Assembly (NCBI GenBank): GCA_964415895.1
Contig: CAYQCC010000001.1
Coordinates: 17,934-81,933, forward strand
Direction of reading: 5' to 3'
Source: an uncultured Candidatus Saccharibacteria bacterium
GTDB taxonomy: Bacteria > Patescibacteriota > Minisyncoccia > Phycocordibacterales > UBA1006
Length of the DNA stretch: 64,000 nt
The notes under the pieces are model-generated. The model saw nothing but the letters and a program-made list of their open reading frames with translations, was not told the origin of the DNA and made no database searches. Positions 8,627 to 18,336 of this stretch are shown here, piece after piece (position 1 is the stretch's first letter; every line of letters starts with the position of its first letter). Made by a program: the position numbers and the translations under genes.

Positions 8627-11362
8627 ATGAAAAACACAATCAAAGTACTATTGGCAATTTTATTGCTGATCTGTACAAAAACAGCGGTGGCTCAAGCAAG
8701 TCACAAGACTGGATTTTATCCGGTCAGTTCTTTAACGTTTAAGTTAAATTGGAATGTTGGCTCTAACCAACGACTCGAAGTACGTGTAAATAATGGTCTG
8801 TGGGCTTCATATAGTGGCGATATTGTTTTAACAGATCGTTCTAACGAACCTAATAGTTGGGAAAATCGTATCTATTCAAACCCAAGTTGTTGGTATCCAG
8901 TGGATACCACAGCAGGAAGCGGTCCTCGAAATAAAATAAATATTATTTCTGTCCGTTTGATAAATACGACCAACATGACGATTGTCAAAGATTCTGTATA
9001 TGGAATAGGAATGGGGTCTTATCCTTATCCTGGCTACTACAGCAGCTTTGTAACAGTTGACCCAGATGAATTTGACTACATGATGAGAAATGAGATGGAG
9101 GACATAGAAATACCTGGATGGGTATTCATATTTTCTCCGATTGGCAAACTTGAGGTTAGTCAAAGAATTACTTTTAATATCGCATCAGGAAGCAGTTCTT
9201 GTATGGCGGATAGAAGTTACTCTATTAAGGGTGACAAGGTAATGAAAACATCTCTTTTGTCAGAAAACGGAACTATTGAGGATTTAAAAAGTGTAAAGGC
9301 ACGATCATTGAAACATTATGCTCCTGCTAATCACGAAATCATGGGTGCTATCCTCGACACTTCACTTATTACGATTGGTGGAATGCGAAGCAGGCCAGCA
9401 ATTCTTTACGTTAATGGTTCCTACTGGAGTCTACGCATGTTTCAAGTAAAGGCAGAGAATGAGAGGGAGTTGGCAAAGAAATGGAATACCGATAAGGATT
9501 CCATTGATATCATTTCACTTATTCATTTCAATTTGTACATTGATACATTGGAGCATGGTTGTATAACGTACACATTTCCATTGGACTCAGTTCTTGGCAA
9601 GCCACATCTCCCACAAACGAGTTGGCGAAAAATGAACGAAGCATATGCTGCATTTCTAAAAGGCGACAAATCTCTTGCACAATCAATTGCAGGAAAAATG
9701 AAAAAACCAAGTTCAACATCAAGATTAATGCGTGATACAAGTATTGTTGTTTGTGGAACATATGTAAAATTTAATTTTGCTTATGATTCACTTTCTACCG
9801 CGTTCTATCTTGCTCTCGGATTTGATAGTATTCAATTTTTTCCAGAAGAATTTGTTCCTGTTGGTAAGATGGTCATTGTTAGAAATCCGTATGACGGACA
9901 GAAGAACATGATCGGTGTTGCCGAAGAAGGGACAGCGGACAGATTTCAGCCGATTGGACAAGAAATGTACGAAATGCGATTCGACACTACTCATAATCAT
10001 TCACAACGATTAAGTATGATTATTGAATCGGACGATTTTCTAAGATGTTTTAATGGAATTCATTGGACTCATGCACATGATGTTATTGAAAACAATGTTG
10101 CAATTGCTCTGTCGAACAAAACAAAGCCAACATTGATTGTGACTGATTACGACGATGGCTCTATTAATGCAGGGCCCTATGGAGACAACTGGGACAATAA
10201 AATCATGCATGATAATACAATTTACGACAAAGGATTTCTTGCGAGTTCTATAAGAATGATATTTAAAGATCCAGAAACCAAAGAAAGAAACTTGTTATTA
10301 TATCAAGGAATGGTAAACAGCATTTATCGTGTAAACCGTACAACAGGAGCGTTAAATAAGATACGTAGCCGATTAATGCCAGCTTACAATTATCATTTCC
10401 ATGCATGGAATGGTGATCCAAACGGCGGGACGGATTCATTAAACGTAGAAGCGTCTTTTGCTCAGCTTAGATACAATTTCGAGCGAAGAAATTTGGGCGC
10501 ACTACAGGCAACAGTGAATTATTGGTTTCCGAACGATTCATTAGATATGAGAAAAGACTATCACGAAATACGTGTTGTCTTTGATTCTATACCTTTGAAT
10601 CTTACTGAAATCGTATTTAATAGAGACACGTTGATGCATTTCAAGAAAAACGCTACTGTTAGTTACTTAAGAAAAGCAATCGAGATTGATGCTAGAAAAC
10701 TTAGCAACAATCCTGATTACGGAAGATTATACTTTAAAGAATACCCAGATTCTGGGCTACATTTTAAATTAATACCTGATAGTGTTATTACACTGACTCT
10801 TGTAATGAGGCCTGTTGAAGTACTGCCAGTTGAGCTTACGTATTTTGTATGTTCATCTAACGCAGAAGGAATATTACTTTCATGGCAAACAGCATCAGAA
10901 TTCAATAGTGATTACTTTGTCATTGAATATGCTTCTGATGACTCGCTTCGTTTTGGTAGCATTGGTGTTGTTAATGCGGCAGGTAATAGTAATACGCTCT
11001 TGAACTATTCATTTTCAGATGCTGGATCAGGTTATTATCGCTTGAAACAAGTAGATAATGATGGGCATTTTACATACAGCAATACGATTGGATGTCACAG
11101 GGTAATTACTGATACACAAATACATATACAAGAAGGAAAACCTTTAATTCTTTTCCCGAATCCTGGAAGTGGTGTTATTTACATCCAAGGTTTAAAAGAC
11201 CAAAAAGGTACTATTACTGTTATTAATGAGCTATCGCAGATCGTTCTGCAGCAAGTTGATAATTTACAACAAATTAATATCTCTTTACTAGCTAACGGCA
11301 TGTACATGCTACAACTTATTAAAGACGATAAAATATATACTGGAAAGTTTATAAAGCAGTAA
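8627..11362 (+). CDS. large secreted protein with T9SS-type (Por) C-terminal sorting domain
   Basis: N-terminal signal peptide MKNTIKVLLAILLLICTKTAVAQA. The C-terminal ~75 aa, ILFPNPGSGVIYIQG...NGMYMLQLIKDDKIYTGKFIKQ, match the Por_Secre_tail pattern. An upstream ~70-aa segment LTYF..W.TASE...F.IE.S....F..IG...AAGNS is also present. Confidence 0.6.
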   Translation: MKNTIKVLLAILLLICTKTAVAQASHKTGFYPVSSLTFKLNWNVGSNQRLEVRVNNGLWASYSGDIVLTDRSNEPNSWENRIYSNPSCWYPVDTTAGSGPRNKINIISVRLINTTNMTIVKDSVYGIGMGSYPYPGYYSSFVTVDPDEFDYMMRNEMEDIEIPGWVFIFSPIGKLEVSQRITFNIASGSSSCMADRSYSIKGDKVMKTSLLSENGTIEDLKSVKARSLKHYAPANHEIMGAILDTSLITIGGMRSRPAILYVNGSYWSLRMFQVKAENERELAKKWNTDKDSIDIISLIHFNLYIDTLEHGCITYTFPLDSVLGKPHLPQTSWRKMNEAYAAFLKGDKSLAQSIAGKMKKPSSTSRLMRDTSIVVCGTYVKFNFAYDSLSTAFYLALGFDSIQFFPEEFVPVGKMVIVRNPYDGQKNMIGVAEEGTADRFQPIGQEMYEMRFDTTHNHSQRLSMIIESDDFLRCFNGIHWTHAHDVIENNVAIALSNKTKPTLIVTDYDDGSINAGPYGDNWDNKIMHDNTIYDKGFLASSIRMIFKDPETKERNLLLYQGMVNSIYRVNRTTGALNKIRSRLMPAYNYHFHAWNGDPNGGTDSLNVEASFAQLRYNFERRNLGALQATVNYWFPNDSLDMRKDYHEIRVVFDSIPLNLTEIVFNRDTLMHFKKNATVSYLRKAIEIDARKLSNNPDYGRLYFKEYPDSGLHFKLIPDSVITLTLVMRPVEVLPVELTYFVCSSNAEGILLSWQTASEFNSDYFVIEYASDDSLRFGSIGVVNAAGNSNTLLNYSFSDAGSGYYRLKQVDNDGHFTYSNTIGCHRVITDTQIHIQEGKPLILFPNPGSGVIYIQGLKDQKGTITVINELSQIVLQQVDNLQQINISLLANGMYMLQLIKDDKIYTGKFIKQ

Positions 11363-11389
11363 TGCTTTAAGTTTTCCTTTTAATAAAAA

Positions 11390-11420
11390 ATCCGTAGCTA
11401 CGTGCTGCGGATTTTCTTTA
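11390..11420 (+). terminator. rho-independent terminator (9-bp stem AUCCGUAGC/GCUGCGGAU, U-rich tail)
   Basis: Stem, loop UACGU, then TTTCTTTACACTTTTTT. Confidence 0.65.
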
Positions 11421-11452
11421 CACTTTTTTAGGTTCAGTGATATACTATTTGC

Positions 11453-12604
11453 ATGTCATTGTTTTCTTCTCCTAATATACAAGAAAATTCTCTTCGAGTT
11501 TTGTGGCGTATTGATAGTGCTGGAATTTCTGTGATGGTTGTAGATACGCAATCACATGTATATTACCATGATTCGCAGCCACTTATCGTTTTTGCGATGG
11601 ATGATCGTCATATGTATGATCAATTATTACATCATACAGAAACAATCCTGATGAAAATGATTCCAGATGTGGTTTCATATATTTCTGGTATTTCTGAAGA
11701 TGTCACAGTAGTTTTGGGTGAGCCATGGGCTCATAGTATTCGACGGCACATTACCTATAAGCGAAAGACTCCATTTAAACTTACAAAGTCATTTATTAAT
11801 GATTTAATTTCTCGTGATATAAAACGAATTCAAAAAGAATATAAAGATGAAGAGATTGAATTTATTGATCCAACCTATCACGATTTACTAATTGCAGGTC
11901 ACGCTGCAATGAACCCATGGGGGAAAACGGTTACTGATATTCGTTTTGATTACGTAACAGGTTTTTCTGATATTCGCATTGTAAAACTTGTAAAACAGGT
12001 CATTCATGAAAAAATGAAGGCGAAATTACTTGATATTACTATTGATCATTACCAAAACTTCTTGATACGATTTTGGAAGCGAACCAATTTGTCAGATGGA
12101 TTATTTATTGATGGATCTGGATTTGTTACCGATTTATCTATCTTCAAGCGCAATCAATTAGTTCAGGCTGGGACGTTACCAATGGGATTTTCAATGATTC
12201 GAAATGAATTGGCAAGTTATCTGGGAATGTATCCAAATGAATTAGAATCACTACTTTCGTTGTATCAAAAAAATCTTCTTTCTGACTCAGTTTCTAGTAG
12301 AATTGAGAAGGGAATGCATGATTTATTTGTTTCTTGGGAAAAAGATTTTCAAATGTTCTGTAATCATGCAACACAGCAAGGTGATATTTTAGATCAAGTT
12401 GTATGGTCAGGAGATTCGAATGATGTTGTTCTGCAATTCTTTATGCACCAACTGGCAGATGACTCGATTCAATTTCCTATTGTATTTGGAACAAGTCAGG
12501 TTGGATTTTTGCATAGTGGAATATTGGTTAATAATCTAAATCAAGAAACAGGATTGGAATCATCTGCGCCAAATACTGATCACATTATTGTTGCAGGATT
12601 GTAA
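11453..12604 (+). CDS. hypothetical protein, possibly actin-fold ATPase (FtsA/PilM-like)
   Basis: The N-terminal LRVLWRIDSAGISVMVVD and the later IDGSGFVTDLSIF..GTLPMGF motifs resemble sugar-kinase/actin-fold phosphate-binding motifs. TATACT at 11441-46 is 6 nt before the ATG. Confidence 0.3.
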   Translation: MSLFSSPNIQENSLRVLWRIDSAGISVMVVDTQSHVYYHDSQPLIVFAMDDRHMYDQLLHHTETILMKMIPDVVSYISGISEDVTVVLGEPWAHSIRRHITYKRKTPFKLTKSFINDLISRDIKRIQKEYKDEEIEFIDPTYHDLLIAGHAAMNPWGKTVTDIRFDYVTGFSDIRIVKLVKQVIHEKMKAKLLDITIDHYQNFLIRFWKRTNLSDGLFIDGSGFVTDLSIFKRNQLVQAGTLPMGFSMIRNELASYLGMYPNELESLLSLYQKNLLSDSVSSRIEKGMHDLFVSWEKDFQMFCNHATQQGDILDQVVWSGDSNDVVLQFFMHQLADDSIQFPIVFGTSQVGFLHSGILVNNLNQETGLESSAPNTDHIIVAGL

Positions 12605-12619
12605 TAATTTACTCACTAT

Positions 12620-13963
12620 ATGATACAGCGGAAAGTAGGACAAGATATGGTAGTGCGAAAAAAACCTTCACAACCAGTGAGGGTTGCTTCGCGTACAGAA
12701 CCTATAAAGGAAAGTGCACCTATAAAAAGACCCGCTCCTGTTGTTCAGGCACCTGTTTATAGAAAGCCGGAACCTGCGCGACCGGCTTCTCGACGTGAAG
12801 ATTCTAATGACGAAATGTTTAAAGAAGTATTTTCGCCACATCATTCGAGTGAGCGTCCACCTGCACGTGGTGGTGTTTTGTGGATCTTGGCTGGCGTTGC
12901 CTTTATTGCACTTGTGATTTCGATTATTTCACTTTTTGCAAAGGCAACTATCAATGTCACACTTGCCGAATCAGTAACTCCTATTGATATGCCAATTACG
13001 TTGTATGCGGAACCTTCTGATGGGCAAATTGCTTTTAAAACTGCAAAAATCGTGGATAAACAGTCAACACTTGTAGTGACGACTAACAAACAATCAGTAT
13101 CTACTGCAGCGTCAGGTACTGTAAAATTATTCTCAACGTCAGCAAAGCTTGTGACTATTGCAGCAGGAACACAATTAATAAATACTGAAAAGAAGACATT
13201 TACCACAAAATCCAAGGTGGTTATTCCAGGTGGTTCTGTTAACAAGCCTGGCTCTGCAGAAGTTATTGTTACGGCAACAGTAGTCGGGGCAGATTCAAAT
13301 ATTAAATTAGACGATTTGAAACTACCAGCCTTTCCAGCAGTGGTAGCTCGAACAACAACAGAAATTACAGGCGGTGTTTCAGGAGATCAATTTATATTGA
13401 ATGAAGCAGAATTAACAGCAGCAAAAGCAAAACTTGATAGTGTCATAAAGGCATCAAATCCTGCTGCATTTTTATCGAATCAGATACCTGCTAATTTTAT
13501 GTTGCCAGAATCATTGCTTCAAATTTCTGATATTACATATCACACAGAATCGACTGATACAGGCGTGTCTGTTATAGCGGAACGAACTATCACAGGAAAC
13601 ATGATCGACAAGGAAAACTTTCATCAATTTTTAATTAATCAACTTCCAGAATCAGAAAGGGAATACATGACTATTTATTCAGACGCCAATACATCATTCT
13701 CTCTTGCTCCAAATTCAGTATCCGTTGATAATTCAACCTTACAAATACAGGCGAAAGGAACATTCACAGCTCGTGCACAGTTTGATGAAGCAGCTGCGCG
13801 AACTGTTATTGCGCGTGTCAAAAAATCTGCAGCAAATACATTATTACGAGCCATACCTGGTGTAATTTCGTCAGATCTTGAACTTTTTCCACCATGGTCT
13901 AGTCGTCTGCCTGGTAAAATCTCTGGTATTATTTTTAACATTTCATACCAATCGGGAAAATAG
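12620..13963 (+). CDS. hypothetical membrane-anchored protein (Pro-rich N-terminus, one transmembrane helix, large extracytoplasmic domain)
   Basis: PAPVVQAPVYRKPEPARPASRRED followed by transmembrane segment VLWILAGVAFIALVISIISLF. No family recognised. Confidence 0.4.
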   Translation: MIQRKVGQDMVVRKKPSQPVRVASRTEPIKESAPIKRPAPVVQAPVYRKPEPARPASRREDSNDEMFKEVFSPHHSSERPPARGGVLWILAGVAFIALVISIISLFAKATINVTLAESVTPIDMPITLYAEPSDGQIAFKTAKIVDKQSTLVVTTNKQSVSTAASGTVKLFSTSAKLVTIAAGTQLINTEKKTFTTKSKVVIPGGSVNKPGSAEVIVTATVVGADSNIKLDDLKLPAFPAVVARTTTEITGGVSGDQFILNEAELTAAKAKLDSVIKASNPAAFLSNQIPANFMLPESLLQISDITYHTESTDTGVSVIAERTITGNMIDKENFHQFLINQLPESEREYMTIYSDANTSFSLAPNSVSVDNSTLQIQAKGTFTARAQFDEAAARTVIARVKKSAANTLLRAIPGVISSDLELFPPWSSRLPGKISGIIFNISYQSGK

Positions 13964-13974
13964 TCATAAAATCC

Positions 13975-14002
13975 TTGACAATTTTCTGGATTTTGCTATG
14001 AT
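13975..14002 (+). promoter_or_regulatory. sigma70-like promoter TTGACA-16-TATGAT upstream of infA
   Basis: Consensus -35 at 13975-80 and -10 at 13997-14002. Confidence 0.5.
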
Positions 14003-14017
14003 GATTTTATTCTATCC

Positions 14018-14233
14018 ATGAATATGAAAGATGAAACCATTGTCCCTGCTACTGTAGTTGAAGCATTACCTAATGCGATGTTTCGCGTTACGTTAAAAGA
14101 CGCAGAAGCACCGATGGTTGCATACCTTTCAGGAAAAATGAAACTACACCGAATTAAGGTGTTGCTAGGCGATACAGTACAAGTTCTCCTTGATCCTTAC
14201 GGAGGCAAGGGACGTATTGTCAAAAGAATGTAA
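14018..14233 (+). CDS. infA: translation initiation factor IF-1
   Basis: 71 aa. The S1-like KDETIVPATVVEALPNAMFRVTLKD..KMKLHRIKVLLGDTV pattern matches IF-1. Confidence 0.85.
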   Translation: MNMKDETIVPATVVEALPNAMFRVTLKDAEAPMVAYLSGKMKLHRIKVLLGDTVQVLLDPYGGKGRIVKRM

Positions 14234-14315
14234 TTGTGCTAGATTGATTTCTGCACAAAGCCCGAATTTACAGGGTATTTATTAGTTTTACATAGGGCAT
14301 CTCTCTCTAATCGAC

Positions 14316-14429
14316 ATGAAAGTACAATCATCAATCAAAAAAATTAGTCCAGATGACATTATTGTGCGTCGAAAAGGTCGTCTGTTCCGCATTAACAAAA
14401 AGAATCCACGCCACAAAGCGCGTCAATAA
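14316..14429 (+). CDS. rpmJ: 50S ribosomal protein L36, zinc-less (C-minus) form; missing from the ORF track (37 aa)
   Basis: ATG at 14316, TAA at 14427-29. The product is [37 protein letters not shown], which aligns to L36 with the Cys ligands replaced by S/D/N. It sits in the conserved infA-rpmJ-rpsM position. Confidence 0.75.
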   Translation: MKVQSSIKKISPDDIIVRRKGRLFRINKKNPRHKARQ

Positions 14430-14444
14430 TTTTTTAAACTCTCT

Positions 14445-14825
14445 ATGCGTATCTTAGGTATTACACTTCCAGACAACAAACAAGCACAATATGGCATGAC
14501 GGCACTGTTCGGCATCGGTCTTTCTCGCGCAAAGAAAATCTTAGCAGAAGCTAAGGTTGATGCAGTTAAGAAGATCAAAGATCTTACAGCAGACGAAGAA
14601 GCGGTTATTCGTAAAATTACTGAAGAGTTAAAACTCGAAGGTAACTTGAAACGAGAAGTCAGCCAAAACGTAAAACGATTAAAAGACATTCAGGCATACC
14701 GAGGTTCTCGACATGCACATGGATTACCAACTCGCGGTCAGCGAACAAAAACAAACTCTCGAACAGTTCGTGGTAACAAACGAACGACAATGGCCTCAGG
14801 TCGTCGTAAAGAGAGTAAGACATAG
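14445..14825 (+). CDS. rpsM: 30S ribosomal protein S13
   Basis: MRILGITLPDNKQAQYGMTALFGIGLSRAKKIL. Confidence 0.9.
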   Translation: MRILGITLPDNKQAQYGMTALFGIGLSRAKKILAEAKVDAVKKIKDLTADEEAVIRKITEELKLEGNLKREVSQNVKRLKDIQAYRGSRHAHGLPTRGQRTKTNSRTVRGNKRTTMASGRRKESKT

Positions 14826-14873
14826 TATTAATTATCAACCGATTTCATTATCACTCTATTATTATCATTTCCT

Positions 14874-15308
14874 ATGGGCAAAAAACGTATTGTAAAACAA
14901 GAAGGTCAGCGCGTGAACAAAAGTTTGAAAGATCGAGCTTTGGCACGTGTTCCAAAAAAGAAACTAGTCAGCGGAGTGCTGCATATTCAAGCTACGTACA
15001 ACAATACCAAAGTAGTCCTTACTGATAAGGAAGGTAATGCAATTATGTCGGCATCATCTGGATCTCTTGGATTCAAAGGTGCTAAAAAATCAACACCGTT
15101 TGCTGCTGCAAAAATCGGAGAAGTTCTCGCAGAGAAAGCTCAGATGATCGGTTTGAAAGAAGTTGATATTGTTGTTAAAGGCGTAGGTTCAGGTCGTGAA
15201 TCAGTTATCCGATCGTTTATCGCTCGCGGTGTCGATATCACATCTATCAAAGATAAAACCCCTGTTCCATTCAACGGTCCTCGCCCTAAAAAAGCTCGAC
15301 GCGTATAA
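14874..15308 (+). CDS. rpsK: 30S ribosomal protein S11
   Basis: GVLHIQATYNNTKVVLTDKEGNAI...GFKGAKKSTPFAA signature. Confidence 0.9.
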   Translation: MGKKRIVKQEGQRVNKSLKDRALARVPKKKLVSGVLHIQATYNNTKVVLTDKEGNAIMSASSGSLGFKGAKKSTPFAAAKIGEVLAEKAQMIGLKEVDIVVKGVGSGRESVIRSFIARGVDITSIKDKTPVPFNGPRPKKARRV

Positions 15309-15326
15309 TCTCTTTTCTCATTTATT

Positions 15327-15932
15327 ATGTCATCAACTACTAAAAAATATAAAATCTGTCGCCGACTCGGTGTTGGTATGTTTGAAAAATGTCAGACACA
15401 GAAATTCTTAGCTCGGGCAAAAACCGGGAAAAAGGAAGTTCGCGTTCGACGTTCTGATTACGGTGTCCAATTCCTAGAGAAGCAGAAAATCCGATTCACC
15501 TATGGTGTTCGTGAAAAACAATTCAGTAACTACATTAATTTTGCCATGACTCATGGTAAAAAAGATGTTAAGCCATCTGATTTGCTATCACAACTACTTG
15601 AGCGACGATTGGATAATGTTGTCTACCGATTAGGACTTGCTAATTCACGAGCATTGTCTCGCCAGATCGTTTCCCACGGACACATTTTGGTAAACGGAAA
15701 GAAATTGAACATTCCATCATATCAGGTTGAAAAAGGCGACGTTATTGCAATCCGAGAGGGAAGCAAGAAAACAGTCTTGTTCACAGATGTAGCAACCAAA
15801 CTAAAAGCGTACAAAACGCCAGATTGGATCAAGTGGAGTAGTGATTTTTCAAAAGCGGATATTACAGCAATGCCAAAGGGTGCTGATCCGTTCTTGAACC
15901 CACAATCCGTTATCGAGTTCTACAGTCGATAA
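15327..15932 (+). CDS. rpsD: 30S ribosomal protein S4
   Basis: Match includes the S4 RNA-binding domain LERRLDNVVYRLGLANSRALSRQIVSHGHILVNGKKLNIPSY. Confidence 0.9.
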   Translation: MSSTTKKYKICRRLGVGMFEKCQTQKFLARAKTGKKEVRVRRSDYGVQFLEKQKIRFTYGVREKQFSNYINFAMTHGKKDVKPSDLLSQLLERRLDNVVYRLGLANSRALSRQIVSHGHILVNGKKLNIPSYQVEKGDVIAIREGSKKTVLFTDVATKLKAYKTPDWIKWSSDFSKADITAMPKGADPFLNPQSVIEFYSR

Positions 15933-15965
15933 TCAGTGACTCATCTCACGATGATCACGACCTTT

Positions 15966-15993
15966 CTTGAAACATTCTAGAATCTGTTTCAAG
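15966..15993 (+). other. 9-bp perfect hairpin CUUGAAACA(N10)UGUUUCAAG in the rpsD-rpoA intergenic region
   Basis: Seen directly. The loop TTCTAGAATC is itself palindromic. A second 14-nt palindrome GTTTCAGCTGAAAC lies at 16015-16028. Confidence 0.4.
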
Positions 15994-16044
15994 GCCGAGG
16001 AATTAGCATGCTAATGTTTCAGCTGAAACAACCAAACACGCACT

Positions 16045-17040
16045 ATGTACTCTACTTCAATTGTTCTACCTTCAAAATTTAAAACTATTTCCGAGACAAA
16101 AACTTCCGGTGTATATGAAATCGAAGGCTTGGCTCCAGGTTATGGACACACATTAGGCAACTCGTTACGACGAATTATCTTGTCATCTATTCCAGGAACA
16201 GGTATCACATCATTCAAAATCAATGGAGCTCTTCATGAGTTTGATACACTGCCTGGTATTCATCAGGATGTATTAACTATTATCTTGAACCTGAAACGTG
16301 CACGATTCCATTTAATTGGAGACGAGCCTCAGACCATTACATTAGTTTCTACAAAAACTGGTATTGTAACTGCTGGCGAATTCACCACTGGTGGAGTTGC
16401 TGAAGTTCTAACACCTGATCAAGCCATTGCTGAAATCACTGACAAAAATGCACGACTTGAAATCGATATCACTCTTGCAAAAGGGTTGGGATTGATTTCT
16501 CGTGACAATCTTGTTAAAGAAAAAGCAGAAGTTGGTCACATTGTTATGGATGCTGTATTTACACCAATTATCAAGGCTCACTACGAGGTTGAAAACATGC
16601 GTGTAGGTGATCGAACTGATTACAACCGATTGCGAGTAATGATTGACACTGATGGATCTGAAAGTCCAAGTACAATCCTTTCACAATCAATTCGAATCAT
16701 GCTTGATCAATTCAAGGCAATCCTCGATTTGAAAGAATTTGTCATTCCGGAACCAGTTATGGAAAAAGCAATCGCAGCTTCATCAGTTTCTGAAGAGGTA
16801 GTAGATTACTCTGACCAATCTGACAAGGTAGACATGACGGACGTATTGAAAACTCGAATTGATTCAATTCAGCTTTCAACACGAACATTGAATGCACTTT
16901 CAGAAGCAGGAATTAGAACAGTAGGCGGATTGATCCAAAAGACTGAAAAAGATCTACTAGATCTTGATGGCTTTGGGGAAAAAGGTCTTAAAGAATTAAA
17001 AGAAGTCCTTACTGATTTCGGACTTGCATTAAAAAAATAA
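16045..17040 (+). CDS. rpoA: DNA-directed RNA polymerase alpha subunit
   Basis: N-terminal dimerisation domain and C-terminal alpha-CTD (LSTRTLNALSEAGIRTVGGLI). Confidence 0.9.
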   Translation: MYSTSIVLPSKFKTISETKTSGVYEIEGLAPGYGHTLGNSLRRIILSSIPGTGITSFKINGALHEFDTLPGIHQDVLTIILNLKRARFHLIGDEPQTITLVSTKTGIVTAGEFTTGGVAEVLTPDQAIAEITDKNARLEIDITLAKGLGLISRDNLVKEKAEVGHIVMDAVFTPIIKAHYEVENMRVGDRTDYNRLRVMIDTDGSESPSTILSQSIRIMLDQFKAILDLKEFVIPEPVMEKAIAASSVSEEVVDYSDQSDKVDMTDVLKTRIDSIQLSTRTLNALSEAGIRTVGGLIQKTEKDLLDLDGFGEKGLKELKEVLTDFGLALKK

Positions 17041-17079
17041 ATCAGTAGTATAGCGTTTACTTATTAAATCAAACTCATT

Positions 17080-17436
17080 ATGCGACACCACAATCACAAC
17101 CGAAAATTTGGACGAAAATCAAACGTTCGTAAAGCTTTCATGCGATCACTCGCACGTGCTTTAGTGATGGAAGGTCGCATCATGACAACTGAGCCTCGCG
17201 CAAAGGAATTACGTCCTTACGTTGAGAAAATGATTACTCGTGCAAAAACTGGAAACGCAATTACGAATGTTCGTATCTTGGCTTCTGATATGGGTGGACA
17301 GTTAGATGTTGCTCAAAAATTGATTAAAGATATTGCCCCTAAATACGTTAATCGTAATGGTGGCTATATCCGAATCATGAAGACTCCAGCCCGAGCGAGT
17401 GATGCAGCGCCTATGGCACTGATCGAATTCGTATAG
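17080..17436 (+). CDS. rplQ: 50S ribosomal protein L17
   Basis: MRHHNHNRKFGRKSNVRKAFMRSLARALV. Confidence 0.9.
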   Translation: MRHHNHNRKFGRKSNVRKAFMRSLARALVMEGRIMTTEPRAKELRPYVEKMITRAKTGNAITNVRILASDMGGQLDVAQKLIKDIAPKYVNRNGGYIRIMKTPARASDAAPMALIEFV

Positions 17437-17457
17437 TATCGCTTTAATATAACCTGA

Positions 17458-17802
17458 ATGTTTATGAAATACACACTAGATGCTACAAATAAAAAATTGG
17501 GACGAATTGCAACTGAAATTGCGACCATTTTGCGTGGAAAAAATTCTCCTGACTTCACTCCTAATAAACAATCAGGTAATGTTGTCGAGATCATTAATGC
17601 GAGCAAACTTGACCTTACGGACAAGATGGACGATACCTACAAGACATTCTCTGGTTATCCAGGAGGTCTAAGAATTGAGACTCGCGGAAATTTACTGAAA
17701 CGTCGTGGAATTTCCGAGGTTCTTATGCGAACTGTTCGCGGAATGCTTCCTCGCAACAAATTGCGAGATGACATGCTAAAAAACCTAAAGGTTTCTGAAT
17801 AA
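17458..17802 (+). CDS. rplM: 50S ribosomal protein L13 (short, C-terminally truncated relative to E. coli)
   Basis: DATNKKLGRIATEIATILRGK...GMLPRNKLRDDMLKNLKV. Only 114 aa. Confidence 0.8.
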   Translation: MFMKYTLDATNKKLGRIATEIATILRGKNSPDFTPNKQSGNVVEIINASKLDLTDKMDDTYKTFSGYPGGLRIETRGNLLKRRGISEVLMRTVRGMLPRNKLRDDMLKNLKVSE

Positions 17803-17807
17803 TTACT

Positions 17808-18221
17808 ATGGCTACAACTACTACTCCTAAAACAAAATACGTTCCTGCAATCGGCCGACGTAAAACATCGACTGCGCAAGTTCGCCTAACTGCTGCTGAG
17901 AAGACTTCAGTGACGGTAAACGATCGTTCAATCAACGATTATTTCCCAACATCAGAATTGTTCAAAACTGCAATGGGTGCTCTTCATACTGCAGAAAATG
18001 TTTCTGAATACGAGGTGACTGTAAAAGTTACTGGTGGCGGATCACATTCTCAGGCTGAGGCTGTACGACATGGAATTGCTCGAGCATTGATTAAAATCGA
18101 TGAGGAATTCAAATCTGACTTGAAAAAGGCAGGATTCCTAAAACGAGATCCTCGTGCTAAAGAGCGACGCAAATTCGGACTTAAGAAAGCTCGAAAGTCA
18201 GCTCAATGGTCAAAACGATAA
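17808..18221 (+). CDS. rpsI: 30S ribosomal protein S9
   Basis: IGRRKTSTAQVRL...GGGSHSQAEAVRHGIARAL...KRDPRAKERRKFGLKKARK. Confidence 0.9.
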   Translation: MATTTTPKTKYVPAIGRRKTSTAQVRLTAAEKTSVTVNDRSINDYFPTSELFKTAMGALHTAENVSEYEVTVKVTGGGSHSQAEAVRHGIARALIKIDEEFKSDLKKAGFLKRDPRAKERRKFGLKKARKSAQWSKR

Positions 18222-18336
18222 TTCGTTACAAAACTTTCCCGAGAGGGATTTTTTGGTTATATTTTAACTTGACAAGATAATATAATAATATATAGTTATT
18301 TTAATAAATTATTCTTTCACATAAAAATTTTTAAAT

